Part shown: one piece after another, positions 58,970 through 64,000 of the stretch
Numbering within the stretch: the stretch's first letter is position 1
Layout of the letters: each line of letters begins with the position of its first letter
Origin: Fibrobacteria bacterium
GTDB taxonomy: Bacteria > Fibrobacterota > Chitinivibrionia > Chitinivibrionales > FEN-1185
Reading direction: 5' to 3'
DNA length: 64,000 bases
Assembly (NCBI GenBank): GCA_037447435.1
Contig: JBBIGR010000001.1
Span: forward strand, 160,001-224,000
Made by a program: the position numbers and the translations under genes
The notes under the pieces: model-generated
The model's input: the letters and a program-made list of their open reading frames with translations, nothing else
Databases searched by the model: none
Told to the model about the DNA's origin: nothing

Positions 58970-60172
58970 TCAATTTTCCTGCAACTTGTTTAATGCCTCA
59001 TCCGCCGACGATATGAGATAATCGATGTCGTCGTCGGATAAATCCGTGCCAAAAGGAAAGGAAATCATGGAATCGAAGAACGCATTCGATTCCGGGCATG
59101 TTCCCGTATCGAAATAGCCGTTTTTTTGAAACAACTCGTACCGATAGAGCGGACAGTATTGTACCGCACATTTTATTCCATATTCATTGTAAAGCATGTC
59201 GATGAGATCGTCCCTTGTCTTTCCTGAATTACTCGTGCAAAACCGAGCCGGAAGCAAATGCATGGCTGAAACCGAATTCTGAGACTGCGCTTGGAATCGG
59301 AGTTCGCCATGACTACTAAGCCCTGAAACGATTTTTTCAAACGAAGCCCTTCTTTTTTCATTTATCTTATCGAGCCTTTCCAATAAAATCGTGCCCGCTT
59401 TTGCCTGAATTTCGCCAAGAGCAAAATTATACGGTATCAGTCCCGGAGCAGCTTCCACGATATTGCTCATTGCCGGCTGCCAATATTTTTGTTGATTGAC
59501 AAAAGGCCTTTGGCCTATTTTACGGAGTCCAAGAATCGTCTCGGCGTAATTGTCATTATTGGTAACGATCATTCCGCCTTCGCCGAGAGTGGTTATATTT
59601 TTTTGACCATGAAAACTGAAACAGCCGAAATCGCCGAACGTACCGACCTTTTTTCCCTGCCAATTTGCACCGGGAGCCTGGGCGCAGTCTTCGATAATTA
59701 TCAGACCGTGTTCCAAGGACATTTTCATCAGCTCATCCATTTGCACCGGTAAACCGTACAAGTGGACAACAACAATGGCCTTGGTTCTTGGTGTGATTTT
59801 TTTCCTTATATCGGAAATATCCATGACAAAGGTTTTAGGATCTATGTCTGCAAAAACGATTTTTGCCTTAAGCCGTAAAAACGGAAGCGCACTTGCGGTA
59901 AACGTATGCGCGGGTACAATGACTTCGTCGCCCTGTACAACACCGCTCAGCATTGTCGCAATTTCCAGCGCGCTGGAAGCATTGCTGACGCCGAAAGCGT
60001 GTTTAACCGACAAATATTTAGAAAAATCATTTTCAAATTCCTGCAGATAAGGCCCCATCGACAGTGTCTGCGCCTCCTGCAACGCGACATTCAATCGAGA
60101 AATTTCATCACTGGTCAATTTGGTTTGGATTCTTGGAAAATCGAGTTTTATTTTTACGCTCACGTCAATCAC
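58970..60172 (-). CDS. DegT/DnrJ/EryC1/StrS PLP aminotransferase
   Basis: GDEVIVPAHTF.AS, VVHLYG, EDCAQ, FSFHGQKN(PLP Lys)ITTLGEGG. Confidence 0.92.
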   Translation of the reverse strand: MIDVSVKIKLDFPRIQTKLTSDEISRLNVALQEAQTLSMGPYLQEFENDFSKYLSVKHAFGVSNASSALEIATMLSGVVQGDEVIVPAHTFTASALPFLRLKAKIVFADIDPKTFVMDISDIRKKITPRTKAIVVVHLYGLPVQMDELMKMSLEHGLIIIEDCAQAPGANWQGKKVGTFGDFGCFSFHGQKNITTLGEGGMIVTNNDNYAETILGLRKIGQRPFVNQQKYWQPAMSNIVEAAPGLIPYNFALGEIQAKAGTILLERLDKINEKRRASFEKIVSGLSSHGELRFQAQSQNSVSAMHLLPARFCTSNSGKTRDDLIDMLYNEYGIKCAVQYCPLYRYELFQKNGYFDTGTCPESNAFFDSMISFPFGTDLSDDDIDYLISSADEALNKLQEN

Positions 60173-61274
60173 ACCCTTTCAATTGTTTCGAAGATGCATA
60201 CCAGGAAATTTCCTCAGCCGTATATTGCGACTTTCTTTCGAAAGCGAAATGTTGCGAATACTTTCTCAATGGCGATTCAACGTTGTTATGCTTATTGTGG
60301 TACAATCGATAGTGCGTTGATTTTTTTTCCAGATGGTTCTTAATTGTTTGTGCAATACGCTCTGCAGAAGTTCCGTTGTTTTGTATCGGTGCCAACTTTC
60401 TAATTTCTTCGATCGGGACATCGGCATGAATTTCTTTTCCTAACGATTCTCCGATGAAAACAACTGAAGAAAACCGGGTAACAAGAACTTCGCAATTTGC
60501 AATCATGTGATTGGTGTTTCCTCTTTCAAACACGAGCGACTTTGGCGCATATCGCATGATTTCCCGCACTGCACGTTTTACGTTTTCACTTGGGTGTAAT
60601 TTGAACACTATTTGACGTCCCTGAGCAATGCGGACGGTTTTCAGGATAAATTTTTTTCGGTTTTCATACTCCATGCATTCCCGTAAATTTGATGTTGCTG
60701 CCAGCACAAAATTTTTATAGGGAAAATCGTTATTCAAAAACTGCTTATTATTGTCGAAATTCGGCACCCCGGTAACGACAATTTTTTCAGGAGGAATGCC
60801 TTTTTTGACAAAAACTTCTTTAAATCCCGCCGACGCAACAAAGAAAAGTTCATAAGCATTAGATAACCCGGTAGCCGACGTACCGGCAATAAAACGCGGA
60901 AAACCGAAATTCTTCACTAAGAAATATCCCAAACGCTGCGGGTCGGTCATACCTTCCTGCACCAGAAAAACCGGTTTATTTCTAATATTTTTTTGTATAA
61001 TGAGATCTTGACATGTTACGACAAAATCATAATCGTTGGCGGCGCCCTTGTAATCGATTGCAGCCTCTTTTGATTTAAGATAATGCAGGGTCTGTTCCTT
61101 GTATTTCCCGCCGAGGATGGAAAAATCGAAAAATCGCTTTGCCACATCATCCCTAAAATCCCCGATATAGTATGGGGTAAAGACACAATCGTATTCCGGA
61201 AAATGCATTGCGATTTGATGCATCATGGTCGTTTGGTTGACAGACCCGCAAATAAACAGGATTTTTTTCTTCAT
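60165..61274 (-). CDS. Conserved hypothetical GT-B-like protein, putative nonulosonate transferase
   Basis: Start MKKKILFICGS; QEG, KLHP and FSS motifs; lies between neuB and the aminotransferase. Confidence 0.6.
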   Translation of the reverse strand: MKKKILFICGSVNQTTMMHQIAMHFPEYDCVFTPYYIGDFRDDVAKRFFDFSILGGKYKEQTLHYLKSKEAAIDYKGAANDYDFVVTCQDLIIQKNIRNKPVFLVQEGMTDPQRLGYFLVKNFGFPRFIAGTSATGLSNAYELFFVASAGFKEVFVKKGIPPEKIVVTGVPNFDNNKQFLNNDFPYKNFVLAATSNLRECMEYENRKKFILKTVRIAQGRQIVFKLHPSENVKRAVREIMRYAPKSLVFERGNTNHMIANCEVLVTRFSSVVFIGESLGKEIHADVPIEEIRKLAPIQNNGTSAERIAQTIKNHLEKKSTHYRLYHNKHNNVESPLRKYSQHFAFERKSQYTAEEISWYASSKQLKGCD

Positions 61275-62188
61275 TATACTGCCATTTCCAGCGTTTGATT
61301 TTGCAAAACGCGCCGCATTTTCTTTTGTGCCGCAATTTCGCTGGCATACAATCTTTTTGTCCCATCGCCCATTGCTTTTTCGACGCATCGTATATTACGA
61401 ACCAGAATTTCGAGTCCGTGCAGTTCTACGGAAGCCGCTTGATCGGTTCCCCACATCGCCCGTTCGAGGGTTATATGGCGTTCGACGAAATGTGCGCCCA
61501 AAGCCACTGCTGCAACCGTTGTGGGCAATCCGATTTCATGGCCCGAATATCCGATAATTGCTTTAGGAAAATTCTTTTCAAGGGTAGTTATCATCCGAAG
61601 GTTTAATTCCTCATCTATGCACGGGTATGCCGAAGTGGTATGGGCAAGAAAAAGATTTTCTTCCCCGATAAGTCCGACAGCTTCTTTTATTTCCTGCATT
61701 GTCGACATGCCGGTGGAAATCATTACTGGCGCCCCCGCATGCTTGATACTTGACAATAAACTTTTATCGGTAAGCATTGCCGAGGAAATTTTATACAGAG
61801 GCACATCGAATTGTTTTATGAATTCCACCGAAGGAATGTCCCAGCATGAAGCAAACCATTGGATGTTCATTTCTTTGCAATACCGGTCCAATTCCACATA
61901 CTCATTGAAACCGAATTCAATCTTTTTGCGATATTCAAGATAAGAAATATATCCCCACGGCGTTTCACGCATGACACCTTGTTGTTCGGGAGGAACACAT
62001 AATTCCGGAGTCCGCTTTTGGAACTTGACTGCATTGCATCCTGCCCGAACCGCGCCGTCTATCATTTTTTTTGCTAGTTCTATCGAACCATTGTGATTTA
62101 TCCCTATTTCGGCAATGATAAAAACCGGTGCGCCCTCACCGACTACGGCGTGTCCGACAACGCATTGCTTTCCATTTTGTAATTCCAT
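61274..62188 (-). CDS. neuB: N-acetylneuraminate synthase family (short, no SAF domain)
   Basis: AEIGINHNG, VKFQKR, ISTGMS, GYSGHE, ERHITL; only 304 aa. Confidence 0.9.
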   Translation of the reverse strand: MELQNGKQCVVGHAVVGEGAPVFIIAEIGINHNGSIELAKKMIDGAVRAGCNAVKFQKRTPELCVPPEQQGVMRETPWGYISYLEYRKKIEFGFNEYVELDRYCKEMNIQWFASCWDIPSVEFIKQFDVPLYKISSAMLTDKSLLSSIKHAGAPVMISTGMSTMQEIKEAVGLIGEENLFLAHTTSAYPCIDEELNLRMITTLEKNFPKAIIGYSGHEIGLPTTVAAVALGAHFVERHITLERAMWGTDQAASVELHGLEILVRNIRCVEKAMGDGTKRLYASEIAAQKKMRRVLQNQTLEMAV

Positions 62189-62290
62189 TGTATCCCCTTT
62201 TTGAATGCTGCTTCATTTGTTTATAAATGCCGACCTAGTATGTTGCTTTGCAACTGCATCGTTGCAGCTGAGATAAGTCATATTTAGTTG

Positions 62291-62950
62291 CTAATTTTTT
62301 GCAAATTCTATTGTGGCGTAATACGCTTCGGCACTTGACTCGGTATTATCGGAATCCGTCATGATGCTTACCGCTTCGATGTGAGAAAACCCTTTGCCGA
62401 AGCATTGTTCAATATCGTCCCGTACATTTACTTTTTGAAACACCCATTTTCCAAGATTCTCTTTTCCAGATTGAAGCACGATCACTTTGTCGTATGCGTT
62501 TTTTGAATCCATAACCTCGCTTCCGACTCTAAGCGAGGTACTCCACACATATTTGACGGCATGAATGGAAAACCCTTTTTTTACGCCGACGATGATTCCC
62601 GCAGCCGAATCATTTCTTCGTTTTTCGTCCTCCCGGGCGCTATCCGGAAGCGTCACGGCTTTCCATGCCCATTTCAACACCGGGTATTCGCTCAAAGTAA
62701 TCGAAATCTTTTTTGCCAAACAAAGATTATGTGCCGAGTTAAAAACATGCAATACGAATTGTCCTTGAGTTTTAGAAACATCGAACATCTGTTTATTTCC
62801 CAGAATTATTTCCCATTTGCCTTGTTGCACCGTCTTGTCATTTACCGCAATGGAAAACGAATCTATTAAGGAGATTTCCGGAAATACCTGCCTATGATAA
62901 ATAAGGACAACGGCACCGATAAATATTCCCCTAATTAATTTATTTGTCAC
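62291..62950 (-). CDS. DUF3047 domain protein
   Basis: YP.L.W.WK...LP, DSAA, KYVWS, W....NV..D, IMTDSDNT...A.AYY. Confidence 0.8.
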   Translation of the reverse strand: MTNKLIRGIFIGAVVLIYHRQVFPEISLIDSFSIAVNDKTVQQGKWEIILGNKQMFDVSKTQGQFVLHVFNSAHNLCLAKKISITLSEYPVLKWAWKAVTLPDSAREDEKRRNDSAAGIIVGVKKGFSIHAVKYVWSTSLRVGSEVMDSKNAYDKVIVLQSGKENLGKWVFQKVNVRDDIEQCFGKGFSHIEAVSIMTDSDNTESSAEAYYATIEFAKN

Positions 62951-63139
62951 ATTGCATTCGCTTTGAATAGGACTTCTAATCTCTGTTTTCGGATATGCAT
63001 GCTTTTAAAATTGCTATCGCTGAGCAAGGATATTATTTGCTTTATGTTAGATTTGTGTAATGTAAGGGTCGTGTTGGCCTAACGAAATTCTATTCTTTTT
63101 CTTATAATTTTAAAATCCTTGTCCGTTATATTTTTTATC

Positions 63140-64000
63140 ATGAAAACAATTTCACTCGTACAATACAAAGGCGGAGTCGGAAAAACAACCGTAGCGGCAC
63201 TTTTATGTAAAGTCCTTGCAGCGGCAAAGTACCGCGTTCTTGCAATTGATCTTGACCGGCATCAATACCATTTATCCAGTCTTTTGGGCGGATCAGCCTC
63301 ACCGAAGATATTCCGAGATAGATCACCGACCACATTCGCTTCGGGTTTGCTTTCCAATCTTTTACTCAAAACCGCATTCGAAAATCTGAATTATATAACG
63401 CTTTGTGAATCGTTTTGCGACTGGAATACGAACGACACTTATCAGCTCAGCAAACGGTTCGCATTTTTTAATTTTAAGGCCGATTATGATTATGTAATCA
63501 TCGACACGCCTCCCGGGTTCGGCAAAATTCACGAACTTGCCATTAGCGTTTCGGACCATATCGTTTTGCCTATCGATTTATCTTCGATTTCGGTTGCATC
63601 CGTCGAGCGGTTTTGCCTCGATCTGCATAAAAGAGAACATTATCAAGTAAAAAGTTACAGTATTTTGCGCAATTTCGTGTCGCGGGCCGTCAACGCAGCT
63701 CAGTTCAATCCGTTGTTTCATGCGAGCCTGAAAAACAGGGTTCTGTCCCATAGTCTTTCGGCAGACGAACGCATCCGTTCAATCACCTCGGGTTATTGCG
63801 ATTTTCTTTCTCAGTATCTGCCGCAACATATTGTTTCGCAACTCTTTTCAATGGTTTTGGATCTTTTCCAAGCAGATCCGGTTAATTTGGCCCAAGCATG
63901 CAATAAACTTTGTTTCAAGGAATCTCTTGATACGCGCTTCAATGAATCTGCGCTTATTTTCGAAAATGCCGAAACAGTTTCAACCGATTTTTCCGTTTCT
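63140..64000 (+). CDS. ParA/MinD family ATPase (3' truncated by window; absent from ORF track)
   Basis: ATG at 63140: MKTISLVQYKGGVGKTT, VLAIDLD, YDYVIIDTPPG; frame runs off the window end. Confidence 0.85.
   Translation, partial: MKTISLVQYKGGVGKTTVAALLCKVLAAAKYRVLAIDLDRHQYHLSSLLGGSASPKIFRDRSPTTFASGLLSNLLLKTAFENLNYITLCESFCDWNTNDTYQLSKRFAFFNFKADYDYVIIDTPPGFGKIHELAISVSDHIVLPIDLSSISVASVERFCLDLHKREHYQVKSYSILRNFVSRAVNAAQFNPLFHASLKNRVLSHSLSADERIRSITSGYCDFLSQYLPQHIVSQLFSMVLDLFQADPVNLAQACNKLCFKESLDTRFNESALIFENAETVSTDFSVS

Noticed and set aside
58970..60172. Assigning the symbol kdnA
   Set aside because: Generic DegT motifs only; the N-terminus and PLP-lysine context do not match KdnA as I recall it, so orthology is unsupported
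60165..61274. neuC (UDP-GlcNAc 2-epimerase)
   Set aside because: Lacks the GTRPE/TGxH, GDR and HxxGGE motifs

Overview
Bacterial chromosomal window with no rRNA, tRNA, CRISPR array or intact transposase recognised. T9SS-like C-terminal domains and a GCGxG C-terminal anchor suggest a Fibrobacterota/Chitinivibrionales-type host (inference). About 2.4-36.2 kb is a mosaic Wzy-dependent exopolysaccharide region. It carries wcaJ-, wza-, wzc-, wzy- and wzx-like genes, GT4/GT9/WecB/GT39 transferases, a deacetylase and a GH39. Interleaved are two B12 radical SAM enzymes, a SPASM radical SAM, a PilZ-FabH-GNAT-GNAT-FabG-GT39 operon, PIN-PhoH, a 5'-nucleotidase and a sigma54-controlled PEP-CTERM gene. 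36-54 kb holds a CBS-like hybrid kinase, a metallophosphoesterase, speB-pdaD, several secreted proteins and an AAA-DUF4143 ATPase. One secreted protein is an SGNH esterase fused to an apparently inactive EEP nuclease. 56-62 kb is the best candidate for a new system: short NeuB, a putative nonulosonate transferase, a DegT aminotransferase, a KdnB-like oxidase and a NeuA-HAD fusion, predicting a C9-aminated Kdn-type sugar. Non-coding candidates are a hairpin repeat family co-oriented in four gene leaders and two possible small RNAs. All calls are by eye from motifs; no searches were run.
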